DNA of 48,000 nt from Mastigocoleus sp. MO_188.B34 (GCF_030065675.1 NZ_JASJDK010000028.1:1-48000), one strand, 5' to 3'; numbered from the stretch's first letter, positions 1-9,873 are shown. Numbers and translations: made by a program. Notes: generated by a model from the letters alone, not told the origin.

Positions 1-429
1 TTCGTTTTTTTTACTAATTACGAAAGCAAAAAAGCCCATCAAATTGAAGTAAATCCCCAAGTATCACTGTTATTTTTTTGGATCGCCTTAGAACGTCAGG
101 TACAAATATCCGGTAATGCTGCCAAAATTTCTACAGCCGAATCTCTAAAATATTTTGTCACTCGTCCCAGAGGTAGTCAAATCGGAGCATGGTGTTCGCA
201 ACAAAGTACAGCCATATCTTCCCGTAAAATACTAGAACTGAAATTTGATGAGATGAAGCGTAAGTTTCAAAAGCAAGAAATCCCTTTACCTTCGGCATGG
301 GGTGGTTATCGAGTTGTACCTCATAGTTTTGAATTTTGGCAAGGGAGACCTAATCGATTACATGATCGATTTTTATATTCTCCCTTAGATGACGAATCTG
401 GTTGGGAAATTCAAAGGTTAGCTCCTTGA
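1..429 (+). CDS. pdxH: pyridoxamine 5'-phosphate oxidase, C-terminal 142 codons (5' end lies outside the window)
   Basis: Frame 1 is open from base 1 to TGA at 427-429. The translation ends ...[33 protein letters not shown], matching the conserved PdxH C-terminus (FEFWQG..RLHDR..Y....W...RLAP). It is missing from the ORF track because no start codon lies in the window. Confidence 0.85.
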   Translation, partial: FVFFTNYESKKAHQIEVNPQVSLLFFWIALERQVQISGNAAKISTAESLKYFVTRPRGSQIGAWCSQQSTAISSRKILELKFDEMKRKFQKQEIPLPSAWGGYRVVPHSFEFWQGRPNRLHDRFLYSPLDDESGWEIQRLAP

Positions 430-444
430 GGGATTGTGGGGAAC

Positions 445-468
445 ATTTGTTCAACAAATATTTTTTTT
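445..468 (+). terminator. weak intrinsic terminator candidate after pdxH
   Basis: atttgt-tca-acaaat hairpin (6-bp AT-rich stem, 3-nt loop) followed by an 8-T run at 461-468. Confidence 0.35.
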
Positions 469-498
469 GAAACATCTCCCTTTTTTGCGTTACTCCCC

Positions 499-1617
499 TC
501 AAAATTTATAAACTCTTCTATGAGCTAACAAATAAGTCGGAAGTACTTTTTGAAAAATGTAGTTATACATTATATTATGTATACCAAGAATTGGTTTATA
601 TAAAACATTCTCATATTTAACCTCGTAGATATAATTTTTAAAAGCTTCTACATCCTCTCTAAGGAATTGTGCATCTAAGCCATATCCATGCCCAAAAAGC
701 TCTCCACTAGATACGAAATAATTCCATATTAGATTTTTTACTTTATAGAAATCATTTGGAGTATCTTGATGTAATCTATGTCTAAAAGCCACTATGTTAG
801 CAACTTGGTTTAAAGCATTTGAGCAATGACCATAATCTAGAATATTGATAGGGCTAATCAATTTTTTCAAAGCATTTAAGTATGCTTCTTTTTCAGGAGC
901 ATTACTAATTTTTCTCATTAGTAAGTCAAGATAATGCTCAACTCCATCAATATATGAATGGGCAGATTTTTGAAAAAGCTCTTCATCTCTCAAATATATC
1001 TGACTGTCAATTGGTCCTAATAGGGCATTTTCTAGCATTAAGATTTTATTGCAACAAAGGCTAAAAATAGTTCCAGCGCTCCAGGCGGAATCAGCTACGA
1101 TTACATTAACATGCTTAAAAATCTTTTTTAGGATGTCATAAATTTGAACTGCTGCTAGTCCATCACCACCATCAGTATCCAAGACAATATAAACATTGTC
1201 ACGCTTTCTCTGTGTAACTTCTTTATCAAGCAATTCACCTACTAGTTCCCTAACGCGCCAGGTTATATCTTTACAAAGATAAGCTCCGTAATGATATTTA
1301 TTTGTGTACATTAGTATGACATGGATATCATATCCTTGAGTCGTAACAAAATCATCTCTTGTACTTGTATTTTTCAATATCTCAATTTTCTTAATGAATT
1401 CCTGAATTTTCTCTTGTAATTCATTAATCTCATAATGATTTTCATCATTTATATTTACTTGAGATTCTAAAGATTGAATTTGCCTTTGAAACTCGTCTAA
1501 TTTATTCTGAGAGCTTCTAATTAGCTGAGGTATTTCGTAATATTGAATGAGTGATTCTTCGAGATTCGCTAAGGGTTCATCTAATGTTTGCTTGATGTTA
1601 TCTATTGGTTCACTCAT
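499..1617 (-). CDS. Clp-fold serine protease of the SDH/SppA-like type with N-terminal coiled coil
   Basis: The ORF is 499..1650, with TTG at 1650 and the first ATG at 1617. The core VYIVLDTDGGDGLAAVQIYDILKK...VIVADSAWSAGTIFSLCCNKILMLENALLGPIDSQI follows the TxGG...SGGT...LGPxDxQ pattern of the serine dehydrogenase proteinase/SppA/ClpP fold. The first ~100 aa are heptad-rich (QRQIQSLESQV, ELQEKIQEFIKKIEILK). The gene is markedly more AT-rich than its flanks. Confidence 0.6.
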   Translation of the reverse strand: MSEPIDNIKQTLDEPLANLEESLIQYYEIPQLIRSSQNKLDEFQRQIQSLESQVNINDENHYEINELQEKIQEFIKKIEILKNTSTRDDFVTTQGYDIHVILMYTNKYHYGAYLCKDITWRVRELVGELLDKEVTQRKRDNVYIVLDTDGGDGLAAVQIYDILKKIFKHVNVIVADSAWSAGTIFSLCCNKILMLENALLGPIDSQIYLRDEELFQKSAHSYIDGVEHYLDLLMRKISNAPEKEAYLNALKKLISPINILDYGHCSNALNQVANIVAFRHRLHQDTPNDFYKVKNLIWNYFVSSGELFGHGYGLDAQFLREDVEAFKNYIYEVKYENVLYKPILGIHNIMYNYIFQKVLPTYLLAHRRVYKF

Positions 1618-1830
1618 AGTAGTGCCCCTAAACTCTTCTATATTTTCCAATAAAATAGATTTGCAAACTACTAGAAGTAGATATGAGAAATCTAACTAAG
1701 TCTGATTATTAACTTCTAAAGTTGAACTCGTCTCCTGATTCTTTTTTTACCAGTCAAAGTTGAGGATTTTGTGAGAGGAGGAAGTAATTGCTTTAGGTGC
1801 AACTCTTTTCAAAGGGTGTAGCCCTAAACT

Positions 1831-2745
1831 CTAGTAATTATTAATTATGGTTGTTCCGGCATCACCGGCAAGAATTTTCCGTGCATCTCCTAGTTTACCA
1901 ATAGCAGCAAAGTGTCCTGTAGCATCTACAAATTTACAAGCCGCTTCCACCTTAGGAGCCATAGAACCCGGATCAAAGGTATAATTTTTTAGCTGCTGAG
2001 GCGTAACCTGAAGTAGTGGTCTTTTATCTGGAGAGCCCCATTCAGTATAAACTGCATCTACATCTGTAAGTAATAGTAAGGCATCAGCTTCTAGTTCTTC
2101 TGCCAATAATGCTGCTGCAAAATCCTTATCAATTACCGCCTCGACACCACGCAACACACCTAAGGGTGTTACTACTACTGGAATCCCTCCACCACCTACA
2201 CAAACCACAATTGACCCTGCTTTTACCAGTAACTTTATCGTTGCTAACTCAATGATTCTTCGGGGTGTAGGAGAAGGGACGACACGACGGTAAAGATTGC
2301 CATCAGGTGCGACTTGCCAATGACTTTCTGCCGCCAATTTCTCCGCTTGAGCTTGGGTATAAAGTGGACCAATCGGTTTTGTGGGATTAGCAAAGGCAGG
2401 ATCTTCAATATCTACTTCCACCTGGGTTAATAAAGTTACTACCTCACATCCTGGTAAATAATTGTAAAGCTGCTGTGAAAGAAGATAACCAATCATACCT
2501 TCACTCTCAGCATTAAGAACATCCAGGGGATAGGGCTGGACGTTTTTGTAAGCAGCGGATTGCAGTGCCAACAATCCAACTTGTGGCCCATTACCGTGGG
2601 TGACTACAACCCTATTTTCTTTTGCCACTTCTGCGATCGCTTGGGCTGCTACAGTAATATTATGCAGTTGCACATCAGCCTCTAAAGGTTGTCCACGCTG
2701 CAACAGTGCATTTCCTCCCAAAGCAATTACCACTTGCATATTCAC
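1831..2745 (-). CDS. arcC: carbamate kinase
   Basis: MNMQVVIALGGNALLQRGQP...VVVTHGNGPQVG...GGGGIPVV are carbamate kinase hallmarks. GTG at 2745 abuts the upstream stop codon; an alternative ATG lies at 2739. Confidence 0.85.
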   Translation of the reverse strand: MNMQVVIALGGNALLQRGQPLEADVQLHNITVAAQAIAEVAKENRVVVTHGNGPQVGLLALQSAAYKNVQPYPLDVLNAESEGMIGYLLSQQLYNYLPGCEVVTLLTQVEVDIEDPAFANPTKPIGPLYTQAQAEKLAAESHWQVAPDGNLYRRVVPSPTPRRIIELATIKLLVKAGSIVVCVGGGGIPVVVTPLGVLRGVEAVIDKDFAAALLAEELEADALLLLTDVDAVYTEWGSPDKRPLLQVTPQQLKNYTFDPGSMAPKVEAACKFVDATGHFAAIGKLGDARKILAGDAGTTIINNY

Positions 2746-4092
2746 CTACACTCCAATATTAACCCTCAGCAAAAATTTTTCTACCAAGTTTCCCAAACTA
2801 TGTTCCCCGACTTCTGCAAACTCATAGCGAGCACGTATGACTGGCTTATTCACCTTAATTAAAGCAGCTAAATCAATTGGTGTGGCTGAAACTACCACAT
2901 CAGCGGCAGTGTTATTAATAGTTTGTCGCAGTGCCTCCAGTTGTTTTGGCGAATAGCCCATTGCTGGCAAGACTGAGTGGATATGGGGATACCGAGCATA
3001 TACATCTGCAATTTCTGGCACTACAAAGGTACGTGGATTTACTATTTCTGCAGCTTCGGCATTAGTGGCAGCAACATAACCGGCACCATAAGCCATACCA
3101 CCGTGGGTTGTTGTAGGTCCATCTTCCACCACTAGTACCCGTTTTCCCTTAACTGCATCTGGGTTTTCCAGACGGATGAGAGAGGCAGCACGCACTAAGG
3201 CAGCGGTTGGGTTAACGGTGCGTACGTTATTAATCACCTGTTGCACGTCTGCTGTCGCGGCGGCATTCACCTTACCAACTACTACAATATCTGCCATCCG
3301 CAACACTACTTCTCCCGGATGGTGTGTGGTTTCGTGTCCGGGTCGTAACGGGTCAACTAGGACAATGTGTAAGTCAGGGCGAATAAATGGAAAATCATTA
3401 TTACCTCCATCCCAAAGTATTAAATCTGACTCTGATTCCGCCAATTTTACTATCTGAGTATAATCAACTCCAGCGTAAACAACATTACCATTATCTAAGT
3501 GTGCTTCGTACTCCTCTCGCTCTTCTACAGTACATGCCGCAGCGTCCAAATCGGCTCTGGTTGCAAAACATTGGACACTCTGACTTTCCAAATCTCCATA
3601 GGGCATGGGATGACGAATCACCGCTACCTGGAAACCTTTTGGGCGCAATAATTTAGACAACCAACGAGCCGTCTGTGACTTACCACAGCCAGTGCGTACC
3701 GCAGACACAGCAATTACTGGCACCCGTGCTGACAACATAGTGCGTTCTGGACCCAGTAACAAAAAGTCTGCTCCTGCGGCCATTGCTCGGGAAGCTATAT
3801 GCATTACCTCGGCATGAGTGACATCACTATAAGCAAATACCACTTGATTAATCTGTTTTTGGCGACATAGTTCTTCTAACTCAGACTGATCTATAATTGG
3901 AATGCCGTCAGGATACAGAGAACCTGCTAAAGAAGCTGGATACTGACGATTGGCAATTCCAGAAATTTGTGTGGCGGTAAAAGCAATTACTTCATCTGCG
4001 GGATTATCCCGGTACACCAGATTAAAATTATGAAAATCACGGCCTGCTGCCCCCATAATTACAATTCGATTGCGGGGTTGTGTGTTATTCAT
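2746..4092 (-). CDS. P-loop protein of the cyclic 2,3-diphosphoglycerate synthetase-like / 'GTPase' family
   Basis: The N-terminus RIVIMGAAGRDFHNFN and a Walker-A-like VSAVRTGCGKSQT, together with the 448-aa size, fit the family. The stop TAG at 2746-2748 is directly adjacent to the arcC start, implying co-transcription. Confidence 0.55.
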   Translation of the reverse strand: MNNTQPRNRIVIMGAAGRDFHNFNLVYRDNPADEVIAFTATQISGIANRQYPASLAGSLYPDGIPIIDQSELEELCRQKQINQVVFAYSDVTHAEVMHIASRAMAAGADFLLLGPERTMLSARVPVIAVSAVRTGCGKSQTARWLSKLLRPKGFQVAVIRHPMPYGDLESQSVQCFATRADLDAAACTVEEREEYEAHLDNGNVVYAGVDYTQIVKLAESESDLILWDGGNNDFPFIRPDLHIVLVDPLRPGHETTHHPGEVVLRMADIVVVGKVNAAATADVQQVINNVRTVNPTAALVRAASLIRLENPDAVKGKRVLVVEDGPTTTHGGMAYGAGYVAATNAEAAEIVNPRTFVVPEIADVYARYPHIHSVLPAMGYSPKQLEALRQTINNTAADVVVSATPIDLAALIKVNKPVIRARYEFAEVGEHSLGNLVEKFLLRVNIGV

Positions 4093-4159
4093 AACTTTTT
4101 CCTCTTTACATATTCCTGTAATATCACTTTCTACTACTCGGTGACGACGCTAATTTTAT

Positions 4160-5698
4160 ATGCCACGAAAAGTTATTATTGCCTCCGATGCTCAAATTGT
4201 AGTCGATGTTGCTGCTGCCGTAGCTAATCGTGGAGGTAATGCGGTTGATGCGGCTATTGCTGCTACTCTGAGTTCTATGTGTACTAACTTGGGAATTATT
4301 TCCCCTGGTGCTAGTGGGTTTATTACTATTTGGCCCAAAGGAGAAACCCCGATTGTAATCGATGCCTATGCTGCAATGCCTGGACGAGGGCTGGATTTGG
4401 TCGAGTTTGGCAGTGGCATGAAAGAGGTATTTTTTGGTTACGGTGGCGGCATGAGTACAATGGTGGGCTATGGTTCTGTGGCTATCCCTGGAATATTTGC
4501 TGGTTTGGGTTTAGCTGCGGAAAAATATGGTAATCTTCCTTGGTCAGAAATAATTGCACCAGTACAGCAACAGGTCGCAAGGGGCTTTCCTCTCTCTCAA
4601 GTGGGAGCGGAATATCTTTCCTATACCCATCAAATTATTTTTGGTTGGCATCCCGATAGTTATCGAGTCATCCATAAAGCTGATGGTAGTTATTTGCAGT
4701 TTGGAGATATGGTTCGGCTTCCTGAACTGGCTACTAGTTTGCAGTTGATTGCCGAGGGCGGAATAGATGTTTTATATCGTGGAGAATTAGGAAAAAAAAT
4801 TACCGCAGAAATTCAAGCTAACCAAGGATTGCTTACCTTTGAAGATTTAGTTAATTATCGAGCGATAGAGCGATCGCCAATTATAATTAATTTTGGAGAT
4901 TGGGAAATAGCAACTAATCCTCTTCCTGCAATAGGCGGGACTTGTTTGGCGGCAATGCTTTTATTAATGGATAAACGACAACTGCACGAATGGAACGTAG
5001 AAACAGTCAGAGAAATAGCTGAGATTCAACAAGCAGTATTGCAATATCGCAGCAACCATTTAGAAGGAGTAAATGAGTCAATAATCGAGCAAGAAACAAC
5101 TCGTTTACTGGAAATTGCAGCTAAAGATAATTGGCAGCAGTTAAATAAATCTCCCTCTACAATTCACGTTTCTGCAGTAGATAGTCATGGTTTAGCTTGT
5201 TCGATCTCTGCCTCATCTGGATATGGTTCGGGGGTAATGGCTGGAGGTACTGGGTTATGGTTGAATAATTCGTTAGGAGAAATTGAGTTACATCCCCAAG
5301 GCTTACGTGATTTATCCCCAGGTACTCGCCTCATTTCTAATATGGCACCTACTGTCTGTCGGCATAAGGATGGGGCAGTTTTAGCAATTGGTTCTCCTGG
5401 AGCATCTCGTATTACTACCGCGATCGCTCAAGTATTATTTAATTTTATTAGTTTAGATCTACCTTTAGAACAGGCAATATCCCATCCTAGATTACACTTT
5501 GAAGTTTTTAACGATACTCCTTTGATTGCTTTTGAAACTGGTTTAAATGTAGATACACTCAACTTAAGCAGTCGTCAATTTGAGGGACTTTCAATGTATT
5601 TTGGTGGAGTTCAAGCTGCATTGAGTCATCCTACTAATGGTTTAACTGCTGCCGCCGATCCTCGTCGTGCAGGAAGCATTGCCTGGGGTGAGAACTAA
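4160..5698 (+). CDS. ggt: gamma-glutamyltransferase family protein
   Basis: 512 aa. Motifs GGNAVDAAIA, GGIDVLYRGELG, the candidate nucleophile region PSTIHVSAVDSHG, GSPGASRI and DPRR near the C-terminus are typical of the GGT Ntn-hydrolase family. Confidence 0.8.
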   Translation: MPRKVIIASDAQIVVDVAAAVANRGGNAVDAAIAATLSSMCTNLGIISPGASGFITIWPKGETPIVIDAYAAMPGRGLDLVEFGSGMKEVFFGYGGGMSTMVGYGSVAIPGIFAGLGLAAEKYGNLPWSEIIAPVQQQVARGFPLSQVGAEYLSYTHQIIFGWHPDSYRVIHKADGSYLQFGDMVRLPELATSLQLIAEGGIDVLYRGELGKKITAEIQANQGLLTFEDLVNYRAIERSPIIINFGDWEIATNPLPAIGGTCLAAMLLLMDKRQLHEWNVETVREIAEIQQAVLQYRSNHLEGVNESIIEQETTRLLEIAAKDNWQQLNKSPSTIHVSAVDSHGLACSISASSGYGSGVMAGGTGLWLNNSLGEIELHPQGLRDLSPGTRLISNMAPTVCRHKDGAVLAIGSPGASRITTAIAQVLFNFISLDLPLEQAISHPRLHFEVFNDTPLIAFETGLNVDTLNLSSRQFEGLSMYFGGVQAALSHPTNGLTAAADPRRAGSIAWGEN

Positions 5699-5747
5699 CT
5701 CACTAAGAAATGAGAATTTAATAACCTGTAATTCTGAAATTTGGAAT

Positions 5748-5778
5748 GGTGCGTTACGCGATGCTAACAGCACCCTAC
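5748..5778. repeat. small dispersed hairpin repeat between convergent genes
   Basis: ggtgcgttacgcgatgctaacagcaccctac forms a 5+4 bp stem. The ggtgcgt.acgc / cgcaccctac motifs recur in the MITE-like element at 9874-9997 and, in degenerate form, at 22460-22480. Confidence 0.45.
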
Positions 5779-5846
5779 TTTTGTATTTTATTTAATCCAC
5801 ATTCCTAATACCTCAGTATATAGAATAACTTTACCGATTCCGTGTC

Positions 5847-6959
5847 TTAATCTGCAGACTGAAACCGCTTAATAGAAAATGGTTCAATTGGCAGAGAACT
5901 CTTGCGATCCAAAATCAACTCCGAAATAATTCTCCCAACTACAGGTGAAAGTTGGAAACCATGAGCAGAAAAACCGAAAGCATGATAAACGTTAGGTGTT
6001 TTAGCACTGGGACCAATAACCGGAATGCGATCGGGCATAAATGCCTCCAATCCAGCCCACGTTCTGACAATGCGCACCTTAGCCATTATGGGGAATAAAT
6101 CTAGGACAGTGCGGCTACTTTCACTGAGTTTTACAAAGTCAATCTCTGTAGTCTCTTTGACTATGTCATATTCAGCAAGATGAGCCCCACCAATCAGTAC
6201 CGTGCCATTCTGCATCTGTTTAAAAGACAACTTGCGCGACTCAACACCCACTACTGGCTCGAGAAAATGGGGTAAACGCTCAGTTACCATCATCATTGGG
6301 GCACCTATTTTTATGGGCACTGGTTCATCTAAATAAGAACAGATTTCTCCTGCCCAAGCACCAGCACAATTAACTAGTATTGGTGCATCAAACTTCGCTT
6401 TGTCTGTCACTATCCGCCAATAATCTCTCAATCTTTCTAAGCCATTCACCCGGCAGCCAGTCCAATACTTCACTCCCATGGACTCAGCTTTGCGACGAAA
6501 GGCAGTAAGTGCATGATAGGGACGGGCAAAGCCATCGCCTGCAGTATAAAGTCCACCGACGCAATGGGTTGCAAGAGATGGCACTAATTGGTAAAGACGA
6601 TCGCGATCGATGATTTGCTCGTGGTCAAAGCCAAGGGAATGGACTAGGGCAGCCCGCTCCTCCAGCTTCTGTAAATCCGCTGCATTTTCTGCCACCCGCA
6701 CCTGACCACTGAGTTTAACATCGCAGTCACTACCAACTAGGGAATGAATATCCCGCCACATTTGGGCAGCAACTACTGCTAGGGGAATCTCCGTTGGATG
6801 GCGATTTAGCCGACGTAAACCACCAGCGTTGACCCCAGAAGCGTGGCGACCTGGGCTGTTTTTTTCGATGACAATTACCTTTTTACCGGTCATAGCTAGA
6901 TGGAGAGCAGTGGAAGACCCCATCAAACCACCACCAATTATCGCTACATCAAACTTCAA
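5847..6959 (-). CDS. FAD-dependent oxidoreductase, DAO family (beta subunit; HcnC/LhpB/OoxB-like)
   Basis: MKFDVAIIGGGLMGSSTA is a dinucleotide-binding motif; the protein is 370 aa. The TTG start at 6959 overlaps the upstream stop (TTGA). Confidence 0.75.
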   Translation of the reverse strand: MKFDVAIIGGGLMGSSTALHLAMTGKKVIVIEKNSPGRHASGVNAGGLRRLNRHPTEIPLAVVAAQMWRDIHSLVGSDCDVKLSGQVRVAENAADLQKLEERAALVHSLGFDHEQIIDRDRLYQLVPSLATHCVGGLYTAGDGFARPYHALTAFRRKAESMGVKYWTGCRVNGLERLRDYWRIVTDKAKFDAPILVNCAGAWAGEICSYLDEPVPIKIGAPMMMVTERLPHFLEPVVGVESRKLSFKQMQNGTVLIGGAHLAEYDIVKETTEIDFVKLSESSRTVLDLFPIMAKVRIVRTWAGLEAFMPDRIPVIGPSAKTPNVYHAFGFSAHGFQLSPVVGRIISELILDRKSSLPIEPFSIKRFQSAD

Positions 6960-8371
6960 TCTTCCGCCCTCCTCAAGTTAGCCAGTTGGGCAATATTTAG
7001 GGGTCTTATCGGTGGACGCACCCGAAATGGAGTATACTCTGAGACCGGGTATTTGTTTTCTGCAGCAACAATATGGGCAACTGCTAGAGCGCACTGCCGT
7101 CCTTGGCAAGGTCCCATACCACAACGGAGATAAAATTTAACTTGATTGGGATCGGTGTGTCCTTCCTTTACTGCTTGGCGGATTTGCCCCGCCGAAATTT
7201 CTTCACACCGACATACCAAAGTCTTGTCATCCTGGGGAACGAGTAGTGAATCCGGTAGTCGGTATAAAGCTTCTAGGAAAGGACGTACTCTCCGGTCTTT
7301 CCGCATCCAGTTCAGGTCATCCTTTCCTTGGCGATCGCGTTCTTGGGTGCTGATGATATCCAAACTCCGAGCCGCTTCCAGGGCTGCTAAACGTCCGCTA
7401 TGTTCGGCACTGCGAGCACCACCAATACCAGCGTTATCACCGATTATCCCAATACCAGGTACGTTGGTGTTACCCCATATATTTACCTGGGGACGCCAAC
7501 ACTGTTGACCGCAATCCCAGATATGATTGCAACCAGCGGCTTTGGTGAGGTTTGTTCTAGGAATGACACCAAAATGTACCAAAAGGCTGTCTGTAGTAAT
7601 GGTCTCGCGCCTACTAAATCCGAGAAAATCCCAACCATACTCTACAGCTTCAATCTGGTTGTCACCCTGAGCCTGCAGTTTGGAAATTCCGTAATAGATT
7701 GGTACCCCACCTTTATGTAAATCCAGCGTGTATTTCAAACCACGCTTAATATAATCACCGGCTGCTAATGCCCTTGGTAAGCGGGGAGCGGCACGCCACA
7801 AGTTACTTCCGGGAGAAAGTTCCAGTACTGCTTTCACCGATACCCCAGCCCGGAGATATTGCCAAGCGACCAGTAACGGTAAAGGACCTGTTCCGGCAAT
7901 TACCGTACCATTAGCGGGAACAACCCCAGCAGTTTTCAGCAATATTTGGGCGGCTCCGACATTCATTACCCCTGGTAGTGTCCAACCGGGAAAAGGAACT
8001 GGACGCTCCATTGCCCCACTGGCAACTATCACTCGCTCAGCTTGAATTATAGATGCCTGACCATCACTTAGAATACCAATCTGGCGATGGGAATTCAAAG
8101 ACCAAACAATTGTATGGGGTAAATACTTGGCTCCACTAGCGCCAAATGCTTCTACCAAACCCTTACCGCGCTGGTAATCTGCACCTAGTAATTCCGATTT
8201 GCGTCCCGGAGTATTGGCAATCCCTCGGTAAATTTGTCCGCCAGGGGATGGCTGCTCATCCAGTACCACCACATCCATCCCCAAACTCGCAGCTGTGGTT
8301 GCAGCACAAAGTCCCCCAGGTCCAGCACCAATCACCACAAGTTGATATGACTTTTGATATAACTCATCCAT
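6956..8371 (-). CDS. FAD/NAD(P)-binding oxidoreductase (alpha subunit; HcnB/LhpE/OoxA-like)
   Basis: YQLVVIGAGPGGLCAA is a Rossmann motif. The C-terminal Cys-rich segment is VCRCEEISAGQIR...LRCGMGPCQGRQC. The gene overlaps both neighbours. Confidence 0.75.
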   Translation of the reverse strand: MDELYQKSYQLVVIGAGPGGLCAATTAASLGMDVVVLDEQPSPGGQIYRGIANTPGRKSELLGADYQRGKGLVEAFGASGAKYLPHTIVWSLNSHRQIGILSDGQASIIQAERVIVASGAMERPVPFPGWTLPGVMNVGAAQILLKTAGVVPANGTVIAGTGPLPLLVAWQYLRAGVSVKAVLELSPGSNLWRAAPRLPRALAAGDYIKRGLKYTLDLHKGGVPIYYGISKLQAQGDNQIEAVEYGWDFLGFSRRETITTDSLLVHFGVIPRTNLTKAAGCNHIWDCGQQCWRPQVNIWGNTNVPGIGIIGDNAGIGGARSAEHSGRLAALEAARSLDIISTQERDRQGKDDLNWMRKDRRVRPFLEALYRLPDSLLVPQDDKTLVCRCEEISAGQIRQAVKEGHTDPNQVKFYLRCGMGPCQGRQCALAVAHIVAAENKYPVSEYTPFRVRPPIRPLNIAQLANLRRAED

Positions 8372-8657
8372 CTCCAGCTACTCCTTGCTGGCGACGAATC
8401 CTCATACCTTCTGCAACCAGTACCTGACAAGCTTGACGGTTGGGTAAGCCGTCGATTTCCATCAAGCACTCAAAACACACACCCATCATACACAGAGGTG
8501 CCCGATTTGACCCCGATATAGGAGTGGTGCGGGTATAGCCCAAATTATGAACTAAAACTGCGGCTGCTACTGTTTCACCTACAGCAACTTGAACATCTTC
8601 GCCTTCAATATTTACTGTGACTGTATTGCCATTTAATTCACTCAGGCGCTTAAACAT
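8364..8657 (-). CDS. (2Fe-2S)-binding small subunit (gamma; HcnA/LhpF-like)
   Basis: 97 aa with CMMGVCFECLMEIDG...RQACQ cysteines, characteristic of the small 2Fe-2S partner of these heteromeric dehydrogenases. It overlaps the alpha gene by 8 nt. Confidence 0.7.
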   Translation of the reverse strand: MFKRLSELNGNTVTVNIEGEDVQVAVGETVAAAVLVHNLGYTRTTPISGSNRAPLCMMGVCFECLMEIDGLPNRQACQVLVAEGMRIRRQQGVAGDG

Positions 8658-8689
8658 TATAATTTTCTTCCCCTTGTATTGCCCCAGAA

Positions 8690-9751
8690 TCAGAGCTTAA
8701 CTTTCGATTCCAGACCAAGATGCTCGAATAACATACTCTGCTGTAAGTCTAGCTTTTTCCCCTTTTGCTTTTCATTGGCTCGATTGAACATAGCCATGGC
8801 GATCGCTACATCAATATACGCCAAACCAACGGCGTTGAAATAAATCCGTTCCGTCTGGGATTCACGACCCGGTTTTTTCCCTGAAACCAATTCGTGTAAA
8901 TCAGCATGGATATTGCTAGCATTAATCAGCCCTTCTTGATACATTCTACTTAAGGTCTGGGTGCGGTGAGTGACTGTTTCCCAATCGTCACAGACTATTT
9001 TATCTGCTTGTAATGCTACCTCAAATTCATCCTCCCAGCCGCCGATGTGGCTATAGAAAGTACCTGGCTTCACCCATGCAGCTTTGAGTAGGGGAGCTTG
9101 GGCACTGGTAGCGGTCACCAAAATATCGGCATCTTCCATTGCCTTTTGAAGACTGGTATTAGTTGATACAAACTCCATTTCTGGGAACAGGCGTGAGAGT
9201 TCAGTAATGAACTGTTCTTCATGCTTTACAACATGTGCTGCCACCCGACATTGCTTGAGGCTAGGACACACTGCTTTCATAGCGATGAGATGCATCTTTG
9301 CCTGTTCTCCAGCACCAATAAAACCAATTACTTCAGAGTCCTGGCGGGCTAAGTATTTGGCAGCAAGACCACCCATAGCCGCTACCCGCATATTCGATGC
9401 AAGAGTACCTTCCATAACGCAAATGGGGAAACCCGTCTCAATTTCTGACAGGATAAAAATAGCAGATAAATTTTGTTGATCGTGCTGGATCGGATTCATT
9501 GGAAATACTGAAACCCACTTTACCCCGCACACCTTTTCATCTAAAAGGGTTGCAGGCAAACAGTTAATCCGTTCTTGGGTTGCCTGATTGAAAATCTGCA
9601 CGATTTTCTCGGGAAAAATCACATGATGTCTCTCAAATTCGAGCATGGCTTTTTCTGCAATGTCCATAACCATGCGAATATCAAAACAACCTGCATCAAG
9701 CAGATCTTCCTGAGATAAATAAGTAAAACTAAGATGATGTTTATTACTCAT
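8690..9751 (-). CDS. ornithine cyclodeaminase / mu-crystallin family protein
   Basis: 353 aa. It has the NAD-binding segment VIGFIGAGEQAKMHL and OCD-family overall features (TATSAQAPLLKAAWVKPGTFYSHIGG). It is the first gene of the four-gene minus-strand unit. Confidence 0.75.
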   Translation of the reverse strand: MSNKHHLSFTYLSQEDLLDAGCFDIRMVMDIAEKAMLEFERHHVIFPEKIVQIFNQATQERINCLPATLLDEKVCGVKWVSVFPMNPIQHDQQNLSAIFILSEIETGFPICVMEGTLASNMRVAAMGGLAAKYLARQDSEVIGFIGAGEQAKMHLIAMKAVCPSLKQCRVAAHVVKHEEQFITELSRLFPEMEFVSTNTSLQKAMEDADILVTATSAQAPLLKAAWVKPGTFYSHIGGWEDEFEVALQADKIVCDDWETVTHRTQTLSRMYQEGLINASNIHADLHELVSGKKPGRESQTERIYFNAVGLAYIDVAIAMAMFNRANEKQKGKKLDLQQSMLFEHLGLESKVKL

Positions 9752-9873
9752 AGCTAGACTTGATTTTAACTTAGTGTTAAAAAAAATTGATTCTTGTCAA
9801 CATCAAATCGAGAAAAATCTGTTGAATAATTTTTATTGTTGAATAATTTTTCAACTATTATTACTACATTTTC

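Noticed and set aside
2600-4227. Several 75-93-aa plus-strand ORFs (2600-2827, 3176-3457, 3387-3656, 3967-4227)
   Set aside because: They overlap the arcC and CPGS-like genes in antisense and have no motifs.
5847-8657. Calling the three-gene flavoenzyme hydrogen cyanide synthase (hcnABC)
   Set aside because: The same architecture is shared by opine oxidases and heteromeric proline/hydroxyproline dehydrogenases. The adjacent OCD-family gene argues against HCN synthesis, and substrate specificity cannot be read from the sequence.
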